Positions 49,205 through 59,228 of a DNA stretch of 64,000 nucleotides are shown here, one piece after another; the stretch's first letter is position 1, and the number at the start of each line of letters is the position of its first letter. The notes beneath the pieces were generated by a model, which had not been told where the DNA came from, did not search any database, and worked only from the letters and a program-made list of their open reading frames with translations. The stretch lies in assembly GCA_903910585.1 (NCBI GenBank), contig CAIWAH010000379.1:3161-67160 (forward strand). Reading direction: 5' to 3'. A program made the position numbers and the translations under genes. Source of the DNA: an uncultured Verrucomicrobiota bacterium. Lineage in GTDB: Bacteria > Verrucomicrobiota > Verrucomicrobiia > Limisphaerales > UBA9464.

Positions 49205-50088
49205 GCACTCCCACGAACCCGCCCAATCCCGGGCTGACCGATGCCGACGCCCGGCTGAAGATTTACCTGCTGCCGAACCTGCTCACGGCGGCCAATCTGT
49301 TTTGTGGTTTTCTCGCCATCACGCGGATTGTGGAGGCGGACCTCACCGATCTCGAGGTTTACCCACGCGTGATCCGCGAGGCGCTGCTCTACATCCTGTT
49401 GGCCTGCATTTTCGACCTGTTTGACGGCCGGGTCGCGCGCATGGGCGGATTCGAGTCGCCGTTCGGAAGGGAGTTCGACTCGCTGGCGGACATCGTGAGC
49501 TTTGGCGTGGCACCGGCTTTCCTCGTGCACCGGATCGTGCTCAAGGACGTGTTTATGAAACACCCCGAAGTGGGCTGGTTCATTGCGTCACTGTATGTGA
49601 TTTGCGGTGCTTTCCGGCTGGCCCGCTTCAATTGCCTCGCGGCGATGTCCGGCTCCGGCGGCGGGAAATACTTTCTTGGCATCCCGATTCCGATGGCAGC
49701 GGGCATGGTGGCCTCGCTGACGCTGTTTCTCCTGTGGCTCGAAGAGAAGGAGTTCAGCGTGGGAGTTTGGCGCTACGCCCTGCCGCTGATCCTCATTTTC
49801 CTTTCCGTGATGATGGTCAGCGAGGTGAAATATCCGACGTTCAAGAAGCTCGATTGGCGCACCCAGCGGCCGTTTGTGAGGACCCTGATCGTTGTGTTGC
49901 TGGTCGGGGCGGTCATTGTGCTGTGGCAGAAGCTGCTGCCTTTCGCCGCGCCGCTGGTGTTCACCGCGTATCTCGTTTACGGGCTGGTCCGTCCGTGGAT
50001 TTCCCGACCGATGCAGAAGGAAATCGAGGTGGACGACGAGCCGGACGACGACGAGTCCGTTTCCCAGTCCGGGAACCGTCCGGACTAG
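49201..50088 (+). CDS. pssA: CDP-diacylglycerol--serine O-phosphatidyltransferase
   Basis: PNLLT, DLFDGRVAR...FGREFDSLADIVSFGVAP and RLARFN motifs; coupled to psd. Confidence 0.93.
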   Translation: MSTPTNPPNPGLTDADARLKIYLLPNLLTAANLFCGFLAITRIVEADLTDLEVYPRVIREALLYILLACIFDLFDGRVARMGGFESPFGREFDSLADIVSFGVAPAFLVHRIVLKDVFMKHPEVGWFIASLYVICGAFRLARFNCLAAMSGSGGGKYFLGIPIPMAAGMVASLTLFLLWLEEKEFSVGVWRYALPLILIFLSVMMVSEVKYPTFKKLDWRTQRPFVRTLIVVLLVGAVIVLWQKLLPFAAPLVFTAYLVYGLVRPWISRPMQKEIEVDDEPDDDESVSQSGNRPD

Positions 50089-50113
50089 TCTGGGTTGGGG
50101 TGCGCTGAGCCAC

Positions 50114-50797
50114 ATGACTTCCGTATCCGAACTGGCGACTTCCGGCGGGTGGGGCTTGCTGGCTGGGTTCGTCACCTCCGCCCTTGGAGGCCCCATCAAC
50201 GTGACGGTCGTGAACGAAAGTGCGACCCGCGGCTTCCGGGGGGCATTCATCATGGCGGTGGGGGCCGTGCTGATGGAAACGATCTACTGCGGAGTCGCCT
50301 TCGCCGGCTTCGCGCAGCTCTTCCAGATCCAAGTGATTCGCGCGGCGATGGAGCTGTTCAGCTTCGTGCTGGTGCTGTGGCTCGCCGTGAAATACCTCCG
50401 GGCGGGCCATGTGCCCGGCGAAGAGGCCGTGGAGGCTTACGTGGAGAGGAAACTGCATCCGCACACCGCATTTTGGACCGGCTTCGTGCGGGTGCTGGGC
50501 AACCCCGGGGTTCTGCTGCTGTGGATTGGCATCACGGGCTCGCTGCTCGCTCACGGGGCGCTGGAGCCGACCGCGGGCAGCAAGGTGGCGTTCTGCGCGG
50601 CGGTGGCATTGAGCGGATTCGTTTGGTTTGGCGGCGTCAGCTGGGGCGTCGGGCGCGGCCATGGCCGGTTCTCCGCAGTGGCCTTGCGTCGCCTCTCCCA
50701 GGCCAGTGGCGTCCTCCTGCTGGTGACGGCGCTGGTGATTGCGGTCCGCTTGGTTGGCTTGCTGGCCAAGCTGCGGCACGGACCGGGGATGCACTGA
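50114..50797 (+). CDS. LysE family translocator
   Basis: GPIN...RGFRGA and GF...LGNP motifs; about six TMs. Confidence 0.8.
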   Translation: MTSVSELATSGGWGLLAGFVTSALGGPINVTVVNESATRGFRGAFIMAVGAVLMETIYCGVAFAGFAQLFQIQVIRAAMELFSFVLVLWLAVKYLRAGHVPGEEAVEAYVERKLHPHTAFWTGFVRVLGNPGVLLLWIGITGSLLAHGALEPTAGSKVAFCAAVALSGFVWFGGVSWGVGRGHGRFSAVALRRLSQASGVLLLVTALVIAVRLVGLLAKLRHGPGMH

Positions 50798-50805
50798 CGA
50801 AGCGG

Positions 50806-51912
50806 TCACTTCCGGTTCAGTCGCCAGAGCAGCAATCCACCGGTGCCGACGAAAAGTCCGGTGGGCATCCAGACGATGAATTCGGGATGCCATTCGGCGT
50901 GGGTATCCAAGGCGGAACCCAGCAGAAGAAAACTGTAATAGGCGGCGACCAACCCCAGCGAAGCGGCGATGCCGAAGTTTGTCTCCCGGCGGTGGCCGCG
51001 CACACCCAAAGGGATGCCGATCAACGTGAAGGCGATGCAGGCGAACGAAAACGAGAGGTTGCGATGAATCTGGACGGTGACCGGCGTGGCCTTGCCGCCG
51101 TCCCTTTCCAAGCGGCGCCGTTCGGCGAGCAACTGACCCAACGTCATGTCAGAAATCCTCGGCCGCTGGTTTCCGGCATCGCGGAACTCGGCGATGTCGT
51201 GGATGTATTGTTCCAGGAAGAGTGGCTGCCACTCATTGGCGCTAAGATAGACGCCCTGAACCTGGCGGAGCAGAAGTCGGCTTGGGTTCCCGCGGGCATC
51301 CAGCTGCAGTTCGGCCTCCGGTGCGTGGACGTCCAAGTTTCGAATCAGATTGGTTCGCCCGTTTTCCAACGAGTTCGTGGTGCCGTAGATCAGCACCCCC
51401 TTCATCCGGAGCCCTTCCACTTTCTGGGCGTAAATCGTGATCCGGGGGCCCAAGTCAATGAACCTGCCGTCAGCAAGGATGGACGCTCCGGATTCCCGGA
51501 GCACTCCATCCCGAAGCGCCTTAAAAGCCACCCTCGCTTCCGGGGCCAGCTTGAGGTTGACAGTTCCGCAAATGACCGCCATGGCTGCGCCAAATGCAAG
51601 AATGGGAACAGAAATCCTTGCCGGACTAATGCCGCTCGCCCGGATCGCAGTGAGTTCCTGATCTGCGCTGAGGCGCCCAAAAAGAAGCAGGGTAGCGGTC
51701 AGGAGTCCGATGGGGAGCGAGAAGGCAAGCACGAACGGAACCAGAAGCAGCAGGGCCTTCCCAATCAGAATCGCGGACGCCCGACCGGTCGCGATCAGGT
51801 CGAAGATGTCGGCCAACACGTTGCCAACCAAGAGCAGGCCCGTGAAAACCGCGACCGTCAGACTGACGGTCGCGACCAGTTGCCGGAGCAGATAGGCTTG
51901 CAGTGTCTTCAA
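50806..51912 (-). CDS. LptF/LptG family LPS export permease
   Basis: GRLSADQELTAIRASGIS, LIGIPLG and WMP motifs. Confidence 0.92.
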   Translation of the reverse strand: MKTLQAYLLRQLVATVSLTVAVFTGLLLVGNVLADIFDLIATGRASAILIGKALLLLVPFVLAFSLPIGLLTATLLLFGRLSADQELTAIRASGISPARISVPILAFGAAMAVICGTVNLKLAPEARVAFKALRDGVLRESGASILADGRFIDLGPRITIYAQKVEGLRMKGVLIYGTTNSLENGRTNLIRNLDVHAPEAELQLDARGNPSRLLLRQVQGVYLSANEWQPLFLEQYIHDIAEFRDAGNQRPRISDMTLGQLLAERRRLERDGGKATPVTVQIHRNLSFSFACIAFTLIGIPLGVRGHRRETNFGIAASLGLVAAYYSFLLLGSALDTHAEWHPEFIVWMPTGLFVGTGGLLLWRLNRK

Positions 51913-52104
51913 TCGCGAAGGAGTTAAAAAGAACCCGCCGGAAGCGGTCAGCCGAGAAAATTCCGGCAGCTAACCCGAAAAACCTGAGCAATTCGAAGAT
52001 TGATGTCTGCCCGGGTGGTTTCGGCAAAAGTAATTGGTTGACGGGCTGGGCCTTTTCCGCGATACGACGGCAGCGCGATTAACCTTAATCCAAGCATTTA
52101 GAAA

Positions 52105-52689
52105 ATGAAGACCAACTCGTTGAAGTCTGTTGTGGTTGCCGTGGTTGCGGGCTCCGTGCTCGCTGTTGCTCCTGCGTTCGCTCTCTCCTCGGTCGAATCG
52201 GAGACGATTACCAAGGCCATTTCGACGGCCAAGGTCGTTGATGTGTCCGGCAAGGCGGCCAAGCTCGTTGCTGCTGCGTCCAAGGAAAACAAGACGGAGG
52301 TTGCGGTTGCCTCGGTGACTGCCGCCATCAAGTCGCATCCTTCGACCATCGGCAGCGTTATCGTCTCTGTCCTGAAGGTTTCCCCTGAGTCCACTGAAGC
52401 GGTTGTTGCTGCTGCGTTGGAAGCCGCGCCTCAGAGCGCTTTGACGATTTTGGCCGCTGCTGCTGAAGGCGCCCCCGCCTTCGCGGACAAGGCGGTTGCT
52501 GTTGCCAGCGCCAAGATGCCGACCCGTGCTTCCGCGTTTGAACGGGAAGTTGCCATCGTCAAGGGGCGTCGCGCAATCGAGGCGGCTGCGCTGGTAGGCG
52601 GCACGACGACTCAGGAAGTTCGGACTGGTGGTGATCCTAACCAAGCTTATGGCACGACTGGTTCTGATCCTACTCGTCCGGGGGAATAA
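52105..52689 (+). CDS. Secreted Ala-rich hypothetical protein
   Basis: Signal peptide ending AFA, helical Ala/Val repeats, many GCT/GTT/ACT codons, own terminator. Confidence 0.8.
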   Translation: MKTNSLKSVVVAVVAGSVLAVAPAFALSSVESETITKAISTAKVVDVSGKAAKLVAAASKENKTEVAVASVTAAIKSHPSTIGSVIVSVLKVSPESTEAVVAAALEAAPQSALTILAAAAEGAPAFADKAVAVASAKMPTRASAFEREVAIVKGRRAIEAAALVGGTTTQEVRTGGDPNQAYGTTGSDPTRPGE

Positions 52690-52708
52690 TTTCGCGCTAA
52701 TTCTGTCG

Positions 52709-52742
52709 AGGCCTGCTTACTTCTAAGCAGGCCTTTTTTTTT
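52709..52742 (+). terminator. Intrinsic terminator
   Basis: AGGCCTGCTTA-CTTC-TAAGCAGGCCT followed by a T run. Confidence 0.92.
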
Positions 52743-53439
52743 GGTGATGGTTCTTCGACATCTGGTTTGGATATCCCTGCTGCCTTGGGTTGTCAGTTTG
52801 GCATTTGTTTCGGCGACCACGCTCGCGAGATTTCAGACTCTTGACGGGAGGTTTTTGGCGATGGCTGTGGCCGCGCTGATTGCATTGATCGGGTCACGGC
52901 TGTTTCCGCCATTTTGGACCGCCTACGTTGCCGGGCACGAGCTGACCCATGCGCTTTGGGCGCTGTTGTTTGGCAAACGGGTCAAGGCCATCAAAGTCCG
53001 AAAGTCAGGCGGGCATGTGGTGTTAAGCGGCACCAACTCCCTGATAACCCTTGCCCCCTACTTTTTCCCGTTTTACGCAGTCATCTGGCTGGGTTTCGCC
53101 ACTGTCGCCAATCGTTGGAGAACATCGGTCGTTCCCTCTTGGTTGTTGGCGTCGGGTTTCGGGGCTGCCTACGCGATGCATGTCCTGATGACCGCAAAGG
53201 TCCTCCGGTTTCGCCAACCGGATATCGAGTCCGAGGGCTACCTGTTCTCGGCGGTGGTGGTGGCCTTGGGCAATTTGGCGATGGCGTTGCTGTTGATACC
53301 CATTGCGGTAGGCACCGGGGATTTTGTGGAAATCGCGACGATGGCGTGGGACCGGGCCGGTCAGTGCATTGACTGGGCGGTGGTGTTTGCCGGCCGGCTA
53401 GCGGAGTTGGCCGGTGCGCCTTTGGGTCACGGGAAATAG
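52741..53439 (+). CDS. Membrane protein with HExxH motif (peptidase M50-like)
   Basis: YVAGHELTHALWA, LITLAPYFFP and QPD motifs; several TMs. Start uncertain. Confidence 0.65.
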   Translation: MVMVLRHLVWISLLPWVVSLAFVSATTLARFQTLDGRFLAMAVAALIALIGSRLFPPFWTAYVAGHELTHALWALLFGKRVKAIKVRKSGGHVVLSGTNSLITLAPYFFPFYAVIWLGFATVANRWRTSVVPSWLLASGFGAAYAMHVLMTAKVLRFRQPDIESEGYLFSAVVVALGNLAMALLLIPIAVGTGDFVEIATMAWDRAGQCIDWAVVFAGRLAELAGAPLGHGK

Positions 53440-54327
53440 GCCCGGGCAGCAGCCAAACTGCTGATGGAAGGCTTGGCTGAAATGGCTCAAGCTGCTGTAG
53501 CCGACTGCGAAGGCTGCCTCCGTGACGTTATGGGTGCCCTCGCGAAGCAGGTCGGCTGCGCGTTCCAAACGGAGCTGCCGAACGAACTGGGGAATGGTCT
53601 GGCCCCGTTCCTTTGAGAACATGCGGCTGAGATAAAACGGGCTGCACCCTACCTGCTGGGAGATTTGTTGGAGCGTCGGCGGATTGAGGAGGTCCCTCCG
53701 GAGCAACTCGACGACCTGAGTTACCCGATCGTGGGAAATCCGCTGATGGCGATGGCAAAAGAGCTCGTCTTCCGGCTCGGGGAGAAAAAAGAACTCTCCC
53801 AACAACTCCGTTGCCTTCGCGGTGAACCAGATGGCTTGGGCCGCCGCCAGCACGGGCGGCTGACGGAGGGAACCGACCAGGTCTCGCTGGCGGTTGTTAA
53901 GAAGTTCTGCCGGGGAAACTTCTGCCCGGGGATTGGCTTCCCCCCAAAGCCCCCGAACGACCGGGTGGAGGTTTTCTGTATCGGTTCCCAGATGGCGTTG
54001 GAGAAACTCCTTGGAGTATTCGACCGTGACGAACTGGTGGACCGAGCCGCGGATTCGTTGTGCGAGAATTCCGTTACCGGGGCGGTAGAACGCCGCGGAC
54101 CACGACTCAAGCCGTGTCTGTTGCCCTGCCGCCTCGATTGTTCCGGTTCCCGAGAGGTTCAGGCAAAGTTCCACGCTGTCCGGATGAAAGCTGAGTCCCC
54201 AGTCCACTTCCCGGTCTCCTGGCAGTTCGTGCCATTCGAAGCTCACACCGAGGCGGCGGAAGTCGCCAAACAGCTGTCGCCAAGTCGCTCCCATTCCGCG
54301 CCAAAGCGTTGCCTCCGCGAGGGGCAT
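53398..54327 (-). CDS. AraC family transcriptional regulator
   Basis: C-terminal RLERAADLL...NVTEAAFAVGYSSLSHFSQAF...FGCCP. Confidence 0.92.
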   Translation of the reverse strand: MPLAEATLWRGMGATWRQLFGDFRRLGVSFEWHELPGDREVDWGLSFHPDSVELCLNLSGTGTIEAAGQQTRLESWSAAFYRPGNGILAQRIRGSVHQFVTVEYSKEFLQRHLGTDTENLHPVVRGLWGEANPRAEVSPAELLNNRQRDLVGSLRQPPVLAAAQAIWFTAKATELLGEFFFLPEPEDELFCHRHQRISHDRVTQVVELLRRDLLNPPTLQQISQQVGCSPFYLSRMFSKERGQTIPQFVRQLRLERAADLLREGTHNVTEAAFAVGYSSLSHFSQAFHQQFGCCPGLFPVTQRRTGQLR

Positions 54328-54453
54328 CGTGGGCAAGTTGAGTGAACTGGACTTCAACGGCGGAATTCTACGGGCTGACGGTGTCCCGGCAAATGGCTGA
54401 ATCAGCCTAGGTTTTGGGATTGGCCGAGCTGCCGGAGCGGCTAGCGTCCCCCC

Positions 54454-54933
54454 GTGCGCACCGTCATTTATCCGGGGAGCTTCGATCCATTTACCAATGG
54501 GCATCTGGATGTGGTTCGCCGGGCGGCCCGGATTTTCGACCACGTCGTGGTTGCCGTGGCGCGAAACGAGGCGAAACACCCGCTGTTCACCGTGGCTGAG
54601 CGCACGGAACTGGTGCGGACAGCCTGTGCGAGCCTGCCGAATGTTGAAGCCGACAGCTTTGACAGCCTCCTGGTCAACTACGTGGTCCGGCGCGGAGCGT
54701 GCGCCGTGGTTCGCGGTCTGCGGGCAGTGAGCGATTTCGAATTCGAGTTCCAACTCGCGCTCATGAACCGCCGTCTCAACGAACAGGTCGAGACCCTGTT
54801 CCTGACGCCGAAGGACACCTACACGTTCGTCAGCTCCCGGATCGTGAAGGAGATCGCCCGGTTGGGCGGAGATGTCAGCCCGTTCGTTCCCGAGGAAGTC
54901 AAGGCGGCCCTGAAGTCCAAGCTCGGCGTTTAG
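54454..54933 (+). CDS. coaD: Pantetheine-phosphate adenylyltransferase
   Basis: YPGSFDPFTNGHLD, RGLRAVSDFEFE and SSRIVKE motifs. Confidence 0.98.
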   Translation: MRTVIYPGSFDPFTNGHLDVVRRAARIFDHVVVAVARNEAKHPLFTVAERTELVRTACASLPNVEADSFDSLLVNYVVRRGACAVVRGLRAVSDFEFEFQLALMNRRLNEQVETLFLTPKDTYTFVSSRIVKEIARLGGDVSPFVPEEVKAALKSKLGV

Positions 54934-56357
54934 CCTGCTGCCGGCAGGGGCTTCCCGGTGTAGGTCGGATCATTTAAGCCCGCCAATTCGCCCGTGCTGT
55001 CGGCAAAACGGTCGGTGCCGACACCCATGCGCCGCAGCAGCGCCACATGCAGGTTGGCCATCGGATGATCCTTCTCGTAGACGAGGTGGCGGCCGGGCGA
55101 AACGGTTCCGCCGCCGCGGCCCGCGAGGATCAGGGGCAAATTGTGGGGACTGTGGGCGTTGCCGTCGCTCATGCCGGCGCCGAACAGCACCATCGAGTGG
55201 TCGAGCACCGTGCCTTCGCCTTCGCGATAACCGCGGAGCTTTTCGAGGAAGTAGGCCGCCTGCGCGCAATGCCAACGGTTGATTTTCTGGTAGCGTTGCT
55301 GCTTGTCGGCCTTGTTTTCGTGGTGGGAGTTTTCGTGGTGTGATCCGAGGCCGGGTTCGAGGAACGAAAAGTTCCGGCCGCTCACGGAATTGCCGAACAT
55401 GAAGGTGCTGACGCGGGTGGCATCGCTCCAGAAGGCCAGCGCCATGATATCGAGCATCAGTCGAACCTGCTCCGAATGATTGTCCCGACGTTCACTGACC
55501 CGGGCCGGATCGCTGTAGAGGTCGACGGCCTTGCCGAGCCGTTCGATTTCCGCCCGCACCTCACGGTCTTCGGAATTCTCGGCCGATTTGCGCTTCCGGT
55601 CGAATTCGATCCGCCGCTCAACCGCCCGCACGCTTTCGAAATACTCGTTGAGCTTCTGCCGGTCGGCATACCCCACCTTTGCCTGCAGGCGTTTGGCGTC
55701 TTCCGCGACCAGGTCCAAAACGCTCTGGTCATTGTCCAGCCCTCCGGCCCGGCTCGCCGAAGCGTGGGAGCGGAACAGGCGGTCGAACGCGAGCTTGGGG
55801 TTGATCTCCTTGGCCAGCGGACTGGTCGGGGACGCCCAGGAAATGTGGGCCCCGTAGAGCTGGGTGAAGCCGACATTCGTGTCCACCCCCGTGGACGGCG
55901 GCTCGATTCCCAGCTCCAGTGAAGCCAGCGGGGTCAGATTCCCCACATGCTTGGCCATCACCTGGTCCACGGAAGTGTTGCCGGAGCAGATGTTGCTGCC
56001 GGTGGTGCGCGTGATGGTGGTGCTGGTGAGCCAGCCGCCGGTTTTCACGTAGTGGCCGTCGCCGGTGTTGGTGGCGGCGTTCCACAGCTGTGTCAGCACC
56101 AGCAGGTCGTCCTTGAAGGGCGCCAGTGGCGACAGGGTGGGCGAAAGTTCGAAGTCCCGGCCGGTTCCCTTGGGAGTCCAGTCGCGCATCAGCGCCCCGT
56201 TGGCCATGTAGAGGGCCGCGAACCGCAATGGCTTTGAGCCCTTGTCTGATCCGGCCGCCAATGCCCGCAACGGAGTCATCGCGTCGAGCAAGGGCAACGC
56301 CATGCTGGCGCCGGCACCTTTGAGCAGTAAGCGACGGGAAATCGGCGAGGTGAACAT
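54930..56357 (-). CDS. DUF1552 domain-containing protein
   Basis: SRRLLLKGAG...LPLLDAM, SVDQ, SLELG, HENSHH, TVLDHS and LPLILAG motifs. Confidence 0.88.
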   Translation of the reverse strand: MFTSPISRRLLLKGAGASMALPLLDAMTPLRALAAGSDKGSKPLRFAALYMANGALMRDWTPKGTGRDFELSPTLSPLAPFKDDLLVLTQLWNAATNTGDGHYVKTGGWLTSTTITRTTGSNICSGNTSVDQVMAKHVGNLTPLASLELGIEPPSTGVDTNVGFTQLYGAHISWASPTSPLAKEINPKLAFDRLFRSHASASRAGGLDNDQSVLDLVAEDAKRLQAKVGYADRQKLNEYFESVRAVERRIEFDRKRKSAENSEDREVRAEIERLGKAVDLYSDPARVSERRDNHSEQVRLMLDIMALAFWSDATRVSTFMFGNSVSGRNFSFLEPGLGSHHENSHHENKADKQQRYQKINRWHCAQAAYFLEKLRGYREGEGTVLDHSMVLFGAGMSDGNAHSPHNLPLILAGRGGGTVSPGRHLVYEKDHPMANLHVALLRRMGVGTDRFADSTGELAGLNDPTYTGKPLPAAG

Positions 56358-56510
56358 AGGCAGGTTCTCTATACGCCTGCGCGGGGCTGCTGCAAGCGTG
56401 CCTGCACAGACGGGAAGACCGGAGCCGGATTCAGAATCATTCGGTTTCGCCCGGTTCCTGATGCCTGGCCACAGTCGTAGAACTGCGGGGAAACAAACGA
56501 AGGAAGGGGG

Positions 56511-56586
56511 TGGGGTGGCCGACGGGACTCGAACCCGCAACAACCAGAACCACAATCTGGGGATCTACCATTGATCTACGACCACC
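56511..56586 (-). tRNA. tRNA-His (GTG)
   Basis: GGTGGTCGTAGATCAATGGTAGATCCCCAGATTGTGGTTCTGGTTGTTGCGGGTTCGAGTCCCGTCGGCCACCCCA: cloverleaf, GTG anticodon, encoded G-1:C73 pair and CCA. Confidence 0.96.
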
Positions 56587-56708
56587 AACCCGGTCGCGGA
56601 CGCTAAGGATGCCCCCCGGGACCGTCAAGGGTCTCGCTTGCCCGATTCTGCGGCGGTTCCCGCGTTGCGCCTTGCGCCGGAGGGGCCATGCTTCCGCCCG
56701 ATCAAGCC

Positions 56709-57671
56709 ATGAACACCTCCCGTCGCCGTTTCCTTGCGCAGACTTCCGCCTTGGGCGCCCTGCTGGCCGCCGGTTGCGCCTACCATCCCGACCGTTCCGG
56801 GGTGTTGGTCCGCACCCGCAGTTCGGCGAATCCCGGGCCGGAACCGGGCGAGGGCAAACCGTGGTTCGAAATCAGCCTGGCCGAGTGGTCGTATCATCGG
56901 GCGATCTTCGCGAAGAAGATGAGCCATCTCGACTTTCCGGTGGTTGCTCGCCGGGATCACGGTCTGGCGGCCATTGAACTGGTCAACCAGTTCTTCATGA
57001 AGCAGGCGCAGGACCGGAGCTTCCTGGCCGATTTCAAGCGGCGCTGCGATGGCGAAGGGGTTCGCGTGCTCCTCATCATGTGCGACGGGGAAGGCGCCCT
57101 TGGCGACCCCGATGCCGCCAAACGGCGCCAGGCGGTCGAGAACCATTTCAAGTGGGCCGACGCGGCCAAATACTTCGGCGGCCACAGCATCCGCGTGAAT
57201 GCGGAGACGAACGGCGTCGGGACGTTTGAGGAGCAGCAGAAACGTGCGGCCGACGGGCTTGCCCAGCTCTCGGAATTCTGCGGTCAGCTGGGGCTCAACT
57301 GCATTGTGGAAAACCACGGCCACCTGAGTTCCAACGGCCAATGGCTCTCCGGCGTGATGCGGATGGTGGGGCGGAAGAACTGCGGAATCCTGCCGGACTT
57401 TGGCAACTTCCAGATCAACCCGGGCGAATGGTATGACCGTTACAAAGGCGTGGCCGAAATGATGCCGTTCGCGAAAGCCGTGAGCGCCAAGGCGAATGAC
57501 TTCGATGCTGCCGGCAACTGCGTGGAAACCGACTACGCGAGGATGCTTCCGATCGTCCGCGCTGCCGGTTACCGCGGCTGGCTCGGCATCGAGTATGAGG
57601 GCGAAAAGCTCGGCGAGCGCGAGGGTGTAGAGAAGACGCGCCTGCTGCTGGAGCGTTTCCGCCATGCCTGA
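56709..57671 (+). CDS. Tat-exported sugar phosphate isomerase/epimerase family (TIM barrel) protein
   Basis: SRRRFL Tat motif; VENHG, LPDFGNF, SAK and GIEYEG motifs. Confidence 0.88.
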   Translation: MNTSRRRFLAQTSALGALLAAGCAYHPDRSGVLVRTRSSANPGPEPGEGKPWFEISLAEWSYHRAIFAKKMSHLDFPVVARRDHGLAAIELVNQFFMKQAQDRSFLADFKRRCDGEGVRVLLIMCDGEGALGDPDAAKRRQAVENHFKWADAAKYFGGHSIRVNAETNGVGTFEEQQKRAADGLAQLSEFCGQLGLNCIVENHGHLSSNGQWLSGVMRMVGRKNCGILPDFGNFQINPGEWYDRYKGVAEMMPFAKAVSAKANDFDAAGNCVETDYARMLPIVRAAGYRGWLGIEYEGEKLGEREGVEKTRLLLERFRHA

Positions 57672-57742
57672 CCGCGATCGGTTCCACGACGCACTTGCCT
57701 GCCGCCGGTTCGGCGACGACTAGTGACGCGGTTCCCGTTGCC

Positions 57743-59158
57743 ATGACGACGCCGACATTGCTCATCGTTGATGACGAGAAGTCCACCCGCGAAGGCCTGC
57801 GCGCCGCGCTGGAGGACAAGTTCGACGTCTACTTGGCCGAGGATGCCGCGACGGCCTGGCAGCTGATCGAAAAGGAGCCGTTCGATGTCGTGCTGACCGA
57901 CCTCCGCATGGCCGGAGAGGACGGTTTGCGGCTGATCAAGCGGATCAAATCGCTGGCCCGGCCGCCGGTGTGCATCCTGATGACCGCCTACGGTTCGGAG
58001 GAACTGGCGGTGCAGGCGCTCAAGGAAGGGGCGGACGACTACATCTCGAAGGGCAAGCTCCAGATTGACGAGCTGGAGCTGCGCATCCAGCGCTCGCTCA
58101 AGAAGCAGACGCTCGAAGTGGAAAACCAGCAGCTGCACCAGCGGCTGGAAAAGAAGTTCGGTCTCGCAAACATCATCGGTGAATCGGGGATTATCCGGGA
58201 CGTTTTTGAGCGCATCCAGGCGGTGGCGCCGATGCCGACCACGGTGCTCATCACCGGCGAAAGCGGCACGGGCAAGGAACTGGTCGCGAAGGCCGTTCAC
58301 CAGCTGAGTCCGCGGGCCAAGGCGCCGTTGGTGACGGTGCATTGCGCGGCCCTGCCGGCGACGTTGCTGGAGGCGGAGCTGTTCGGCCATGAACGCGGGG
58401 CGTTCACCGGGGCGCACGAGCGTCGCGTGGGGCGGGTCGAGCAGGCGCAGGGCGGCTCGCTGTTCCTCGATGAGATTGGGGAGATCGACGCAACCACCCA
58501 GATCAAGCTGCTGCGGTTCCTCGGCGAAAGGACGTTTGAGCGGCTGGGCTCAAGCAAGACCCAGTCGGCCGATGTCCGCCTGATTGCGGCCACCAACAAG
58601 GACCTGCTGGCGCTGTCGCGGGAGGGTAAGTTCCGCGATGATCTCTACTACCGCCTTTCCGTGGTTCCCATCCATCTGCCGCCGCTGCGGGACCGGGTAG
58701 GGGACATTCCGCTGTTGGCGAACTCCTTCCTGCGGGAGCTGTCCGGCGATTACGGCAAGTCCGTGCAGTCATTCAGCACCGAGGCGATGGAGCTGATGCT
58801 GCACTACCGTTGGCCCGGTAACGTCCGGGAGTTGCGCGCCGCCGTGGAGCACGCCCTGGTGCTGTGCCGCGGCGACCAGGTGGCGGCCCGCGACCTGCCG
58901 CCGGCGGTCCGGACACCGGTGATGGTGCCGGCGGAAGCGGTGACCCGGCAGGCGATTTCCACCGGAAAACTCACGATGAAGGAGGCCGAACGGCAGTTGC
59001 TCATCCATTCGTTGCAGGAAGCCCGCGGCAACCGGACGCTGGCGGCCCAAAAGCTGGGCATGAGCCGGCGCACGCTGCATCGGCGGCTGCACGAATTTGG
59101 CCTCGAGGAATTTTGGGGCGAGGCGGCGCTGCCGGCCGGGGATTCCCCTGCGTCGTGA
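57743..59158 (+). CDS. Sigma-54-dependent response regulator (NtrC family)
   Basis: Receiver domain (VDD, TDLRM), GESGTGKE, GAFTGA, WPGNVREL and Fis-type HTH. Confidence 0.95.
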   Translation: MTTPTLLIVDDEKSTREGLRAALEDKFDVYLAEDAATAWQLIEKEPFDVVLTDLRMAGEDGLRLIKRIKSLARPPVCILMTAYGSEELAVQALKEGADDYISKGKLQIDELELRIQRSLKKQTLEVENQQLHQRLEKKFGLANIIGESGIIRDVFERIQAVAPMPTTVLITGESGTGKELVAKAVHQLSPRAKAPLVTVHCAALPATLLEAELFGHERGAFTGAHERRVGRVEQAQGGSLFLDEIGEIDATTQIKLLRFLGERTFERLGSSKTQSADVRLIAATNKDLLALSREGKFRDDLYYRLSVVPIHLPPLRDRVGDIPLLANSFLRELSGDYGKSVQSFSTEAMELMLHYRWPGNVRELRAAVEHALVLCRGDQVAARDLPPAVRTPVMVPAEAVTRQAISTGKLTMKEAERQLLIHSLQEARGNRTLAAQKLGMSRRTLHRRLHEFGLEEFWGEAALPAGDSPAS

Positions 59159-59228
59159 CCGGTTGTTTGGTTGAACTGCGGCTTCTCATCGTGGTCGGTT
59201 CCTGCTCAGGTTCGCGGACACGATTTGC

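Noticed and set aside
56358-56586. Genomic island integrated at tRNA-His
   Set aside because: No integrase and no duplicated tRNA 3' end were seen in the window.
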